From: a virus
Taxonomy: Duplodnaviria; Caudoviricetes
Direction: 5' to 3' (one strand)
Virus record (IMG/VR): IMGVR_UViG_3300033066_000778
Location: 89,959 to 153,958 of that record
DNA: 64,000 nt
Shown here: piece after piece, positions 25,485-35,891 of the stretch
How the letters are laid out: the number at the start of each line of letters is the position of its first letter
Position numbering within the stretch: the stretch's first letter is position 1
Program-made: the position numbers and the translations under genes
Notes under the pieces: generated by a model
Databases searched by the model: none
What the model saw: only the letters and a program-made list of their open reading frames with translations
What the model was told of the DNA's origin: nothing

Positions 25485-26405
25485 ATGAACAAGATGAATT
25501 ACGCGTTCGACGTGGACGCCCTGAACAACATGCCAGAGATCACGCGGATTGGCACCCACAATGGCGTCTTCCATGCGGATGATGCCTTCGCGTGCGCGGT
25601 GCTGACCGCGCTGTGGCCGGATGTGTGGATCATCCGCACCAGGAACCCGAAGGATCTGGCCTCGTGCCAGCTTCGGGTGGATGTCGGTGCGAAGTACAAC
25701 CCGGCGACGGGCGACTTCGACCACCATCAGGGGAAGATCCTACGGGAGAATGGAATCCCATACTCCTCCTTCGGTCTGATCTGGAAGGAGTACGGGTGGC
25801 TCTTCTTCCCTGGCTGCCCTGAAGCCGCGAAGGAAATCGAAGAAGGGCTCGTCTATCAGGTTGACGCCACGGACTGTGGCTTCAGCCTCTTCACCCCTCT
25901 GACTGAGGAGGCGAAGTTCCCATACTCCGTCTCGTCCGTCATCTCCTCCCTGAATCCGGGGTGGAATGAGGGAGGAGACTTCGATGCGAGTTTCGAGCAG
26001 GCTGTGAAGCTCGCCCGTCAGATCCTCTGGAGGGAGATCTCCCGCGCGAAGGGGACGCTGGAGGCCGAAGGGATCGTGAAGGATGCCCTTGCCAAGAGGG
26101 AGGATAAGCGGGTGTTGATACTCCCGCAGTTCTGCCCCTGGCAGGAGGTCGTCTCTTCCGACCCGGATGTCCTCTACGTCCTGTTCCCCTCCGAGACGGG
26201 GGACTGGCGCATCCAGACGGTGCCTGAAGAACCCGGCTCCTTCAAGGCACGGAAGAGCCTCCCGGCTGCGTGGGGTGCGAAGAGGGATATGGATCTCTTC
26301 TTCGCCACAGGGGTGGAGGACGCAATCTTCTGCCACCCAGGATTGTTCATCGCGGGCTGCAAGTCCCGTGAAGGCGTCCTGAAGATGGCCGAGATGGCCC
26401 TGTAA
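25485..26405 (+). CDS. MYG1 (UPF0160) family metal-dependent hydrolase/exonuclease
   Basis: IGTHNGVFHADD, RTRNP, VDVG..Y.....FDHHQ, YSSFGLIW, FCHPGLFIAG. Confidence 0.92.
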   Translation: MNKMNYAFDVDALNNMPEITRIGTHNGVFHADDAFACAVLTALWPDVWIIRTRNPKDLASCQLRVDVGAKYNPATGDFDHHQGKILRENGIPYSSFGLIWKEYGWLFFPGCPEAAKEIEEGLVYQVDATDCGFSLFTPLTEEAKFPYSVSSVISSLNPGWNEGGDFDASFEQAVKLARQILWREISRAKGTLEAEGIVKDALAKREDKRVLILPQFCPWQEVVSSDPDVLYVLFPSETGDWRIQTVPEEPGSFKARKSLPAAWGAKRDMDLFFATGVEDAIFCHPGLFIAGCKSREGVLKMAEMAL

Positions 26406-26488
26406 TCGGAGTGTCTGAGACATTCCACGAATTCAACCGCTGGTTTGACGAACTAGTCAACCAGATCAACAGAAAGAAGGAGTCTAAC

Positions 26489-26929
26489 ATGACGAAGATC
26501 AACACCCCCGCGATCGGCCACGGACCCGTCAGCCGCATCCCGCTCCCGGTCAAGGCCGGTGAGCACGTCGATCTCGATTTCTGGAGGATGCTGGGTGACC
26601 CGGCATTCGAGGGGGTGACCTTCCGGGTCCAGCGTGGGCTTCCGAGCGGATTCGAGGGGCCTGTGGCCGAGGCCCTGAAGGTGATCTACGGGAAGAAGAT
26701 TGACGACACCTTCTTCCTGTCGATCTGGGCGGGTGAGGTGAAGCGGGAAGGAAAGACCCGCAAGAACGTCAACCTGAAGAAGGCTTCGACGGGAACTCCG
26801 ACTGACCTTCCGGGTGTTGGGGCCATCCCTGTTGGGTACGGGGAGCACGACATCAGAATCCTCCTTCGCTGCATGTTGAGCGCGAAGGTTACGAACGACG
26901 ATAAGAAGAACGATCAAGTCAACTTCTAA
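26489..26929 (+). CDS. hypothetical protein, paralog of 27272..27655
   Basis: AAGGAG RBS; VQRGLP...FFLSIW...NF*. Confidence 0.7.
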   Translation: MTKINTPAIGHGPVSRIPLPVKAGEHVDLDFWRMLGDPAFEGVTFRVQRGLPSGFEGPVAEALKVIYGKKIDDTFFLSIWAGEVKREGKTRKNVNLKKASTGTPTDLPGVGAIPVGYGEHDIRILLRCMLSAKVTNDDKKNDQVNF

Positions 26930-26958
26930 CAAACCTTACAAAGAAAAGGAGTATAGAC

Positions 26959-27189
26959 ATGGCCCGTAAGACTGAACAGGAAAAGCGCAATGAAAGGCGG
27001 ATTGCCAAGGTCCAAGAGCGGGTCATCGCGGCCCGTCGTCTCTGGTGGAACAAGGATGAAGAGGCAGGAATCTACAGGGAGAAGGGCTTCGTCGCCTACT
27101 CCCAACAGTTGAAAAGTGAAGCTGAAAAGCTTTACGAGGCTTACCTCGATGAAGAGTCTCGCCTCTATGCCCTGAAGGGGAACAAGTAA
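26959..27189 (+). CDS. hypothetical protein
   Basis: AAGGAG RBS, 76 aa. Confidence 0.7.
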   Translation: MARKTEQEKRNERRIAKVQERVIAARRLWWNKDEEAGIYREKGFVAYSQQLKSEAEKLYEAYLDEESRLYALKGNK

Positions 27190-27193
27190 GGGC

Positions 27194-27208
27194 ATAGGAA
27201 TCGAACCC
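27194..27208 (+). repeat. dispersed ATRGGAATCGAACC motif, copy 1
   Basis: ATAGGAATCGAACCC. Confidence 0.8.
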
Positions 27209-27271
27209 GTATCGTCGTCAGTAACAGCATCAAATAACAAAGTACAAAAAGCAGTCCTTAAGGAGGACAAA

Positions 27272-27655
27272 ATGAACCAGACCAACATCGACACCAACAC
27301 CGCCGAGGGCTTCATCAACAAGCTGACCGCTCAGGGTCAGTACGATTACTTCCGCCTTCACCGCTTCGCCGGTCACAACACCTTCGGGGGAACGCTGATC
27401 AAGGTTCAGCGGGGTGTCCCCGAACAGTACAAGGCCAACTTCCCCGATTGTCAGGACAGGTACTTCCTGTCGATCTGGAAGTACACCGAAGTGGCAGGGA
27501 ACGTCACCCTCACCACGAGACTGTCGAAGGAGACGATGCACTTCGACAAGGACACGGCTGTCCTCATGCTCAAGCTGATGGGCCTGAAGTGGGGAGGCAT
27601 CGTGGCATCGAAGCACAACCCCGTCAACACCCCGAAGGCCAACAACAACTTCTAA
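27272..27655 (+). CDS. hypothetical protein, paralog of 26489..26929
   Basis: AAGGAGG RBS; VQRGVP...YFLSIW...NF*. Confidence 0.75.
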   Translation: MNQTNIDTNTAEGFINKLTAQGQYDYFRLHRFAGHNTFGGTLIKVQRGVPEQYKANFPDCQDRYFLSIWKYTEVAGNVTLTTRLSKETMHFDKDTAVLMLKLMGLKWGGIVASKHNPVNTPKANNNF

Positions 27656-27668
27656 GTAAGTAGTTTAA

Positions 27669-27700
27669 CGGGGCTTAAGGCTGAAAGGTCTTAGGCCCCA
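27669..27700 (+). terminator. hairpin/terminator
   Basis: ggggcttaag/cttaggcccc. Confidence 0.5.
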
Positions 27701-27731
27701 TTATTCCTAACAAAAACTAAAGGAGAATAAA

Positions 27732-28373
27732 ATGAGCCGTTCTTACTCCACCTACAAACGGGATTACGCTTACAAGGTTTCGGACCCTTCGACTCCCGAT
27801 GTGAAGGTTCGGGAATACTTCATCAAGGACAACGAAGAGAAACTGGAACTGTTGGCAAGGAACGAACGGTCTCAGAAGTACAACTACGGGAAACGGGGAT
27901 CGGCAATCATCAAAAGACAGATTGTCGAAGGTGTCTTGAGGAAGACAAAGAACGTTCGGGCTGCTTACCGGGCGTTGATCAAGAAGTCTCCGAAACGTAT
28001 GTGTGCTGAAACAGCATTCGACTGGTTCGGTGTATTGGATATGACCCATTGCACGGAACGAATCGAATGGAGACCGAAGTTCTTTGTGGATGGAGAGAAC
28101 GTTCGTCCTGGTACTGAACTGATCGAGACAGAAGCCCGGAACCCCAAGTGGAAGAGCCTGTGGAATTCCAAACCACCAACACCTGAAGAGGAACTCAAGA
28201 GAAAGAAAAACGATCTCCTCTTGAGTATCAGGGATAACAAGGATTACCTCAGACGGCTCGAATGGAGAAAGGAAACCATCGAGAGGTTCGCCAAGGCAAC
28301 TGTACAGGAAGCAATCGAAAGGACCAACGAAAAGATTGCTGACCTTTACAAGCAACTGAGCAACCTGAAGTAA
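27732..28373 (+). CDS. hypothetical basic protein
   Basis: 213 aa, AAGGAG RBS. Confidence 0.7.
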   Translation: MSRSYSTYKRDYAYKVSDPSTPDVKVREYFIKDNEEKLELLARNERSQKYNYGKRGSAIIKRQIVEGVLRKTKNVRAAYRALIKKSPKRMCAETAFDWFGVLDMTHCTERIEWRPKFFVDGENVRPGTELIETEARNPKWKSLWNSKPPTPEEELKRKKNDLLLSIRDNKDYLRRLEWRKETIERFAKATVQEAIERTNEKIADLYKQLSNLK

Positions 28374-28511
28374 TGGAAATCCAGCACGGTCAGTGCCGAT
28401 GCTGGGATGAGGAATAAAGATGATTGAAAAGTCAATCCTCTGCTTCCTGTGCGTCACAGTATGGATTCTCTTCGTCCGTGACGTCATCAACTTCTACAAG
28501 GAGTACAGGTA

Positions 28512-28868
28512 ATGTTCTTTGATGTCGTTCCCCTCGATGTCATGTATCGCCTTGAAGGGCTCTTTGCCCTTGATGAATACAAGTACGAACTAGATCCAGA
28601 TGAGAAGTATGTTCAACTTGTATGCGATGATGACGTTGCATGGGAGCCCATTGAGTTTCAATACGTAACCCCAAAAGATCAATGGGATATCATGGGGTTA
28701 AGAGAAGCTCAACGGCTCTTTAATGAGCGTGAATACATGAAAGGATTAAGGATAACACAAGACTATGAGGATTACGGGACTGATGGAAACAGATGGTACT
28801 GGCCTGATGATCCACAATTCGATCTTGTAAAGCCAGGTAAGGAAAGAAGGATGCGTAGGTTTAAGTAA
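28512..28868 (+). CDS. hypothetical acidic protein
   Basis: 118 aa. Confidence 0.65.
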   Translation: MFFDVVPLDVMYRLEGLFALDEYKYELDPDEKYVQLVCDDDVAWEPIEFQYVTPKDQWDIMGLREAQRLFNEREYMKGLRITQDYEDYGTDGNRWYWPDDPQFDLVKPGKERRMRRFK

Positions 28869-28886
28869 AGTACGACTAATAGGCGG

Positions 28887-28905
28887 ATGGGAATCGAACC
28901 TTACG
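28887..28905 (+). repeat. dispersed ATRGGAATCGAACC motif, copy 2
   Basis: ATGGGAATCGAACCTTACG. Confidence 0.8.
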
Positions 28906-29430
28906 TATCCTTACATGTGCATAAACAGCTATAGCCCCTATGAAGGGGCTTAAATAGTATACGCACATTAAGAGTGTTTTAACTTTAGTATCTTAGGCTA
29001 ATGATGTTATCACGGCCACATTCCGTCTTAGATCATTATGCTTATTTTACTTTAGTTTTAACTGAACTTTAAGTCATTAAGGATTAAGAGGGGCTTCGGG
29101 GTTAATGAACGCAATGTCAATGTTCCCGATTAGCTCTTTGATCCTAATTACTTTGATTCATCTTCTCTTATGTATAAGTATCTAAGGTTACACATCACGG
29201 ATTAAATAACATTGAACTTTCAAGTAACATGATTACAAACCTATGTCGGCATGCCGACTTAAGGAGGTAATGGATGCATTGGTGTCCATTGGAGACATTG
29301 GCCCTTTCAATGCTCTTTAACCACTTTAATATCATTTGGATGGGCGTAAAGGAGTATATATACGTATTACGGAATAAAATTCTGTAATGACTGTATAGTT
29401 ACAGTCCTTTCGCCTATCAAAACGAATGGA

Positions 29431-29496
29431 ATTAAAGGATTAGGGGATTAAAGGATTAGGGGATTAAAGGATTAGGGGATTAAAGGAAGTAAGGGG
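29431..29496 (+). repeat. 16-bp tandem repeat ATTAAAGGATTAGGGG x3 plus a degenerate fourth copy
   Basis: read directly. Confidence 0.9.
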
Positions 29497-30175
29497 ATGC
29501 GATATACATGGGATTTAACACCGATAGGTAGATGTAACCAATACTTCATATGTAAGGGAAAGGCACGAGAGTTTTCCTTACTGAAGGAGTATAACTACAC
29601 TGCTTATTTCGTACGCGATTCTGGAGATAGCTACACAACGACTGAATTCGGTGATTGGACAGAAGGATGTCTAATCATTACGTTCAAAAACGGAAGGGAA
29701 GTAAAGGAGTTAAGCTCATGTTGAAGACGATCCTGGTTAACAACTTCCAACCAGAAGATCTAAAGAATCAGATTGGTGTCATGAAAGATATGGACATCAC
29801 TTTGATCTTCAATGTCCGTTCACTTGAAGGGTTGATTCGGGAGCTTCGTGAGTACTGTGACTGTATGGATAAAGTTCTTCAAGAACATTTGGATGCAGAA
29901 AGACCTAACTCTTACTTCATCCCTGGTGGTATAAAGGAATGGGATGAAAATCAGTATCGAATGAAGCGTGGTGATCCTCCTGATTGGGCTACGAATCCAA
30001 ACCTTAAGCACATCAAGGAGATCTGAAAATGGAAATCAACCTTAAGAAGCCTTACTTCAACAAAAGGCGTCCTACCTTTGAGGAATATCTGAATTCTACA
30101 TTGCTTTCATGGGACTTAACTGGCGTATCTACCAAGAGTACATCGAGAAGTAGAAAGGTATAAGGAGTAAAAGAA

Positions 30176-30622
30176 ATGAGTAATGTTCCTTCATACTTCC
30201 TTCGTGGTTACTGCAAGGTTGGTCAACTCTTCCAGCCTAAAGCATCACATCACTCTGCATGGGGGAGTCGGCAGGTATGGGAGATTGTCTCCGTACATGA
30301 GGGAGGGAAGGACGGATTGTTTACCCTTCGCCTCTTTGGTGATCCTGAAGAGATCTTTAATCCGGACGACGCGGATGCGAAAGACTTTGACAAGTGCGTC
30401 CGTGCTTATACTCTGTACACTGCTTACAAGGTAGTGGACAGAAAGAAGTACGTTGAGGCTATCGCAAAGGTCAATGAGGTGAAAGAGGCAACGGTCAAAG
30501 CTAACGTGAAACAGAAAAGAACTGAGTTGATTGAGGAACTGGAGAAGCAAGCGTACAGTATCCGTTTACTCTCCATCGCATACGAAGAGACAGTTAACAA
30601 ACTGAAAGGATTGGAGGTATGA
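30176..30622 (+). CDS. hypothetical protein
   Basis: 148 aa, TAAGGAG RBS. Confidence 0.7.
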   Translation: MSNVPSYFLRGYCKVGQLFQPKASHHSAWGSRQVWEIVSVHEGGKDGLFTLRLFGDPEEIFNPDDADAKDFDKCVRAYTLYTAYKVVDRKKYVEAIAKVNEVKEATVKANVKQKRTELIEELEKQAYSIRLLSIAYEETVNKLKGLEV

Positions 30623-30623
30623 C

Positions 30624-30896
30624 ATGTGGGGATTGATTGGTATCGCTATCCGTTCGGTGGTTGATGCTTTCATTGGTGGTACGGGGGTATCGACTACCGA
30701 TCGTACCTATCGTGGTAACAACTGTTATCATTGTGGACATGGATACATGAAGGTATTCAGTGGTTACAATGGTACATCGTGGTATGCTCTCGTAACCTGT
30801 GATCGTTGCGGTCATTCTTCTCCATGCGGTTATGGAAAGAACGAAGACGACGCCAAGAGTAACGCAGTCTCTATTTGGAATACAATGGAGGAGTAG
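30624..30896 (+). CDS. Lar (restriction-alleviation)-like Zn ribbon
   Basis: CYHCG...VTCDRCG...AVSIWN pattern. Confidence 0.5.
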   Translation: MWGLIGIAIRSVVDAFIGGTGVSTTDRTYRGNNCYHCGHGYMKVFSGYNGTSWYALVTCDRCGHSSPCGYGKNEDDAKSNAVSIWNTMEE

Positions 30897-31165
30897 ACAA
30901 TGTTTGTGTTTGATGAAGTTGAAGAAGAGCCCATTGACCCTGAGAAGTTTAAGCCTGGGTCATTTGGTTGTCATGAACTGTTGGACAGAACGAACTTGAT
31001 CATCAACATGATTGATAGGGAGATTCTTCAACATCCTTCCTGTCAAATGAATCCCAAGTGGCTTAAGCTTGCTAACAAAGCGTCTGAAGCCCTTGGTAAG
31101 CTGTACGTCGCTGTCGGAACAAAGCATCTGTAATAATAACGAGTAAAGAAAGAAGGAGTAAAGAA

Positions 31166-31603
31166 ATGAAAAAGAATACCCTCACCCGTGCCCAGGCCAA
31201 GTACTTCAACGAGAAGCTCACGAGCCTTGAGTATGTCCTCCATGATATCAAGACGGGTGGTAAGAAGGTTACCATCCCGGTCAATGAGATCAAGGATGCC
31301 ATCTTCACAGCATCAACGAAGATCACTCACGATCATGAGCTTAAGGTTCCGTACACCAAGGATTCATACTGTTTTGGCGCTGGCTATAACATCCATGTTG
31401 ACCTTACCACGACGCCGACATACAAGAAGGCCCTTGCTGAAGTACAGGGGAGTAAGGCTACCAAAGAAAGAAACAACATGATTGATACGTACCAGAAGCT
31501 GATTGAGGAGTTCAGGCTCAAGCTCATCTTCGGTACTGAAGCCAACGCCCTCCTCGATGAACTGAACAACCTTACCAACGCCATCAACAAGCTCATGGAC
31601 TAA
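31166..31603 (+). CDS. hypothetical protein
   Basis: 145 aa, AAGGAG RBS. Confidence 0.7.
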   Translation: MKKNTLTRAQAKYFNEKLTSLEYVLHDIKTGGKKVTIPVNEIKDAIFTASTKITHDHELKVPYTKDSYCFGAGYNIHVDLTTTPTYKKALAEVQGSKATKERNNMIDTYQKLIEEFRLKLIFGTEANALLDELNNLTNAINKLMD

Positions 31604-31613
31604 GGAGTAAAAG

Positions 31614-31871
31614 ATGTACGAGATCAAGAAGGTTGACGACTGTTCAGGTGACCAACTCGCTTTCGCTGTCAACCATGATAGCATGAAGATCATCGTGGGT
31701 AAGTCTGGTCACGCTAAGCTGCTTAACATCGTAGCAGCGGAGCCGATTGATTACCCAACTGGCGGATGGATCTTTCGCCGGAAGGGACAGATTGCCGACA
31801 GTGGAATGTTAAAGAAGGTTAAGCAGGATAGGGAAGAGATCGTCGAGATGCTTAAGATGATCTTCTGCTAA
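31614..31871 (+). CDS. hypothetical protein
   Basis: 85 aa, TAAGGAG RBS. Confidence 0.65.
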   Translation: MYEIKKVDDCSGDQLAFAVNHDSMKIIVGKSGHAKLLNIVAAEPIDYPTGGWIFRRKGQIADSGMLKKVKQDREEIVEMLKMIFC

Positions 31872-31880
31872 TACCTTAGC

Positions 31881-31899
31881 ATGGGAATCGAACCTTACG
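31881..31899 (+). repeat. dispersed ATRGGAATCGAACC motif, copy 3
   Basis: ATGGGAATCGAACCTTACG (19 bp identical to copy 2). Confidence 0.8.
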
Positions 31900-32605
31900 C
31901 TTATGTGTACTGTCATTGACTTTACTCTTGAACTACTGTCATGCTCGTGCTATCTGATTAGGGGGAAGTAATGTACAGAATGGAGGTTAAGGTGGGTAAC
32001 GAAAAGGTTCCTGCCATTCAATTCGTAGAGAACAATAACATCGACGTTACCAGTATCGTTGGTAAGACGGTGTTGGCTGTAAAGCTCCATAACTCTAACG
32101 ACTATTGGGGGGATGATGGCTTTACTATCCTCTTCACAGATGGTAGTATCATGACTGTTGGTGCATCCGATGACTGCGGATTTCCAATGGTGAGTACTGC
32201 TGTAAAAGAAAGAGGAGATTAAATGTGGACCTTCTTTATATCATGGAATCGTCACCGATTTGTTTTCGCCCCTTTTTCAGGTGAACTAATCCTCGTCCTG
32301 AATTTTGGGGGATTGCAGATTGGTTGGATGAGGATGGACTTAGAGTATTACCTTGACAACCTCGCTCTATCAATTGAGGAGGAGATAACTGAACGCCTTA
32401 CCAAAGAAAAGAAAGAGGAGGAAGAAGACAATGTTGGATAACATGATAATTAACGGTGATAAGATCTTGAAAGGAATGGAAGAAGATCTGATCACATTTC
32501 AAGCTGAACTTCTCGGAAGAGAGTTTAACACCATGTTAGCGGAGATGCTTAAGACCGAAGAAGCATACTCTGAACTGGTTGAGAAGATTGGAGAGGAGAA
32601 ATAAG

Positions 32606-33070
32606 ATGTACGGATTTCCTACTTGGTCAGCAGATCAGAAGAAACTCCTGGTTGTCGTTGCTGAGGATAAGCTTTCCGATGCAGTCAAGCAGTGGGAAAC
32701 GCTTCCTTATGACTTCGTCAGCTGCATGAAGATCGCAAAGACATTGGTTACTTGTGTAGATGAACGCATCGCACAAGATATCTGTACCGTTTTTGGTGCA
32801 GAGAAGAAGCCTTGCCCTGAATGTCCTCCTGATCTGAACACTTGGATCATCAGTTTCTCCACCGACCAAGACTTCTGTGAGTACCTGTCAATGAGCAACA
32901 TGGCTAACGTCATCTACCTGAATGGTACTTCAGTCTTTAACGTGTCATTCGATGCGATGGCACGTAAGACAATTGAGAAACTTAAGCTCATTGACGATGG
33001 TGAGGTTAAGCACGAAGAGAAACCTATAGATGACGATGCGTGGCTAAAAGATCTTGGCATCGTATCGTAA
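32606..33070 (+). CDS. hypothetical protein
   Basis: GGAGG RBS, MYGFPTW start. Confidence 0.6.
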   Translation: MYGFPTWSADQKKLLVVVAEDKLSDAVKQWETLPYDFVSCMKIAKTLVTCVDERIAQDICTVFGAEKKPCPECPPDLNTWIISFSTDQDFCEYLSMSNMANVIYLNGTSVFNVSFDAMARKTIEKLKLIDDGEVKHEEKPIDDDAWLKDLGIVS

Positions 33071-34800
33071 AAAGAAATGAGGAAAAGAATATAAGAAACA
33101 GTACAAAAGAATCCTACAAGCAACTGATAACACAGTAGTTAATAACATTACTACATTACATCGTAACTAACATAATCCAAGAACAGTATAAGAAACGAAC
33201 AGGCAAGAAGGAGCCTAAGATGATTAAGTTTATCGTCAAGAGTTTGCACAACATTTCTGAATTCCTCCTCTGGAGATCAATCGACATCAGCGAACTCTCA
33301 ATGAAGATTGACGAGTACTTCAAGGAGGATGAAGATGGAAGTACCACCGATAACGTTGAAAGCAATTGTGCGGAGGAACGATCCACTCCGTCCAGAACGA
33401 AGAACATTGACTATAAGAGCCTTAGAGAAAACAACCATCCGGATAAGTCCGGTTACATCAACTGAAGAACCTCCTATGACAATTCGTACGGAGTTTAATG
33501 AAGACGATAGCATCGACAGTGCAAGTCTTCAAACAATCATGGATGCTAAGAAAGTCTTTCTTGGTAACATCCATGGTTATGCACTGACGAAGAGGGGACA
33601 GAACGATAACCATGTTCTAGTAACTCTCCTTAGCTATGATAATGATCATTGGAGAGTGAAAAACGGTATGGTTGTGTACTCCACAAGTTGGATCCAAGAA
33701 GAGATTGCTTTGTTACAGGCAATCGAAACTTGGTGTGAACAAAACTGTGAACCTGATACCGTCTATGATGGCAAACAATACGGATGGGAGTTTAAATGAA
33801 GGCATTCGCTAGACAACGCTTCTATGACATCCATCGTGGAGAAGGGTGTACTACGCGTGAGTACCTTGGTACATTAACGTGTACAACATTCGGACATGTG
33901 GATGAGTTCTATAAGTGTACATGTAATGACCAAATTTCAGTAATTACCTTTCGAAAGAACGAATGCATCGTAGTTTTCTCTAGGCATGGATCTAACGTTG
34001 ATCTCTTTGATCGTTTCTTCGATAGATTCCAACGATTCAAGCACCTAGGGACATACCAAGCCGTAATAGAACAAATGATGGAGGAAAACAAGCGTGCAGA
34101 TCAAGCTTGAAAACTTCAATAACTGTCCTGGCTATAAGGTAGCTAAGGACATCGCAGGAAGTAAAGCCTTGATGGTTGAGGATCTTCCTGACCTTGAGTA
34201 CTGGCAGAACGATGAAGCAACACTTGTACTTTCAATCAATCTGAATACCACGAGGCTTAACATGACGGATGCTTTCACAAAAGTTATTGGTCTCATCTCA
34301 AGGTATAGACCAGATGAAGTCCATAGCCATCCGAAAGGTAATCAACTCTTCTACCGCCTGTGGTGGGATTAAGGAGAAAGAAATGGACACATACATCTAC
34401 ACGCCACAAAACGGAAAGCTTACAAGAGTAACAGCACCAATTGAACGATACTTTATATTGTTCTACGAGAATGATGCTGATATCTCAGATCCTCAAGTAG
34501 CATTTAAATTAGCACAGAAAAGCTTTTATACTGCTGGTGCTTTCTCCTCTCTTATTGATGAAGCACTGATGAACGATCACATCGTCGTCATCAGAAAGTT
34601 AGCTGTAACACCGTAGAAGATAATGCTAACGTGTAACAAAAACGAATACGATAAACTTCAAGAAGACATTCTCTACTTCATACGGACTATGGCAACAGAC
34701 TTCGATCATTATGAAGATGCACATAAGTACCGTACACTTTGTTACGTGTGTGAAGCAGAAGAATTAAATCGTAAACTTGAAATCAAATTCATAGACTAAC

Positions 34801-34817
34801 ATGGGAATCGAACCTTA
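34801..34817 (+). repeat. dispersed ATRGGAATCGAACC motif, copy 4
   Basis: ATGGGAATCGAACCTTA. Confidence 0.8.
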
Positions 34818-34940
34818 ACATTATTTACATAAACATAGGAGTACGCTTAAAGCATACAATCCTCCCAACGTCCGAAGTAAAATTGAAAGTGAGCATGTAT
34901 AAATATGGTACAATTTGCCTATACACATAAGGAAGAGAAG

Positions 34941-35414
34941 ATGGACGTTATCACCTACGAAGAGTTGTCTAACATCCTTCGTAAAGTCCAAGGGGCTCCG
35001 TTCGCTGAGATCATCACCGAGACAGACCTTAGTGATTACCAGTTTACGGACTCACCATTCCTTAACAGGCTTAAGAAGGTAGCGAAGTATACTGTTCAAC
35101 TCGGTGCTTCCTACGAAGAAGCCATGAAGAGCATTAACCCCAACTTCACCATTAAAGATCGCAAGTGGGGCGAACACATCAACAACATCCTTATCGAACA
35201 TAAGGGTAAGTTGTATGTCTCATGTATCATCCAGAGAAAACACTTTTCTTTCCTCAAAGTTGGAAAGGACAAAGTAACGGATGAGATGGAGAAACAAATC
35301 AAGCCTTACTTGAAACCACTGGAAGAACCTAGTAACCCTGTTGGATACCGTAGGTTTAAGATCTACAGCATCAAACAGATTTCTTTCAATAACAAATCGT
35401 ATATGATCCTGTAA
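34941..35414 (+). CDS. hypothetical phage protein
   Basis: TAAGGA RBS, MDVITY start. Confidence 0.65.
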   Translation: MDVITYEELSNILRKVQGAPFAEIITETDLSDYQFTDSPFLNRLKKVAKYTVQLGASYEEAMKSINPNFTIKDRKWGEHINNILIEHKGKLYVSCIIQRKHFSFLKVGKDKVTDEMEKQIKPYLKPLEEPSNPVGYRRFKIYSIKQISFNNKSYMIL

Positions 35415-35891
35415 GGAGTAAACATGAAAAGAGCTAGTGAACTTACCTTCTTGAAATGGTTTTACTCTCACGCTGACTTTGGTCCAGCTGAAGGAGATGT
35501 AAGAGTTGGATTGAAGCTAGACTTCGTTGAACAGACGGGAACTCTCCTACCTAAAGGGTACGAAATAGATCCTGACGAAGTTGTTGAAAACGATATCGAG
35601 GATGAGGAGTAAACGTGAAAGAAACCGTTGCATACACCCAGTACATGAAAAACTTGGAGAAGGAAGCTAAGCTCTTCAAGACTATCAAGTACATCACCGA
35701 GTTCCTCACGGATGAAAATCCTTACGATGATGACGAGAATCCGAAAGTATCGTGTGATGTAAATAACAGTACCGTTTTAATCATGTCTCCTGACCTTATT
35801 ATTTCAATCTTCAAGCGTTAATATTACACCTGAACCCCGTAACCAAACAATAACAACAACAAGTACAACCAACAAGTAAGAAAGGAAGCAC

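Noticed and set aside
24309-27648. Many long overlapping alternative-frame and minus-strand ORFs (e.g. 24716..25492, 25740..26423), and the 24804 start
   Set aside because: These are shadow ORFs of GC-rich sequence. RBS-supported starts are 24888, 25485 and 26489; the 24804 start would run through the ribozyme.
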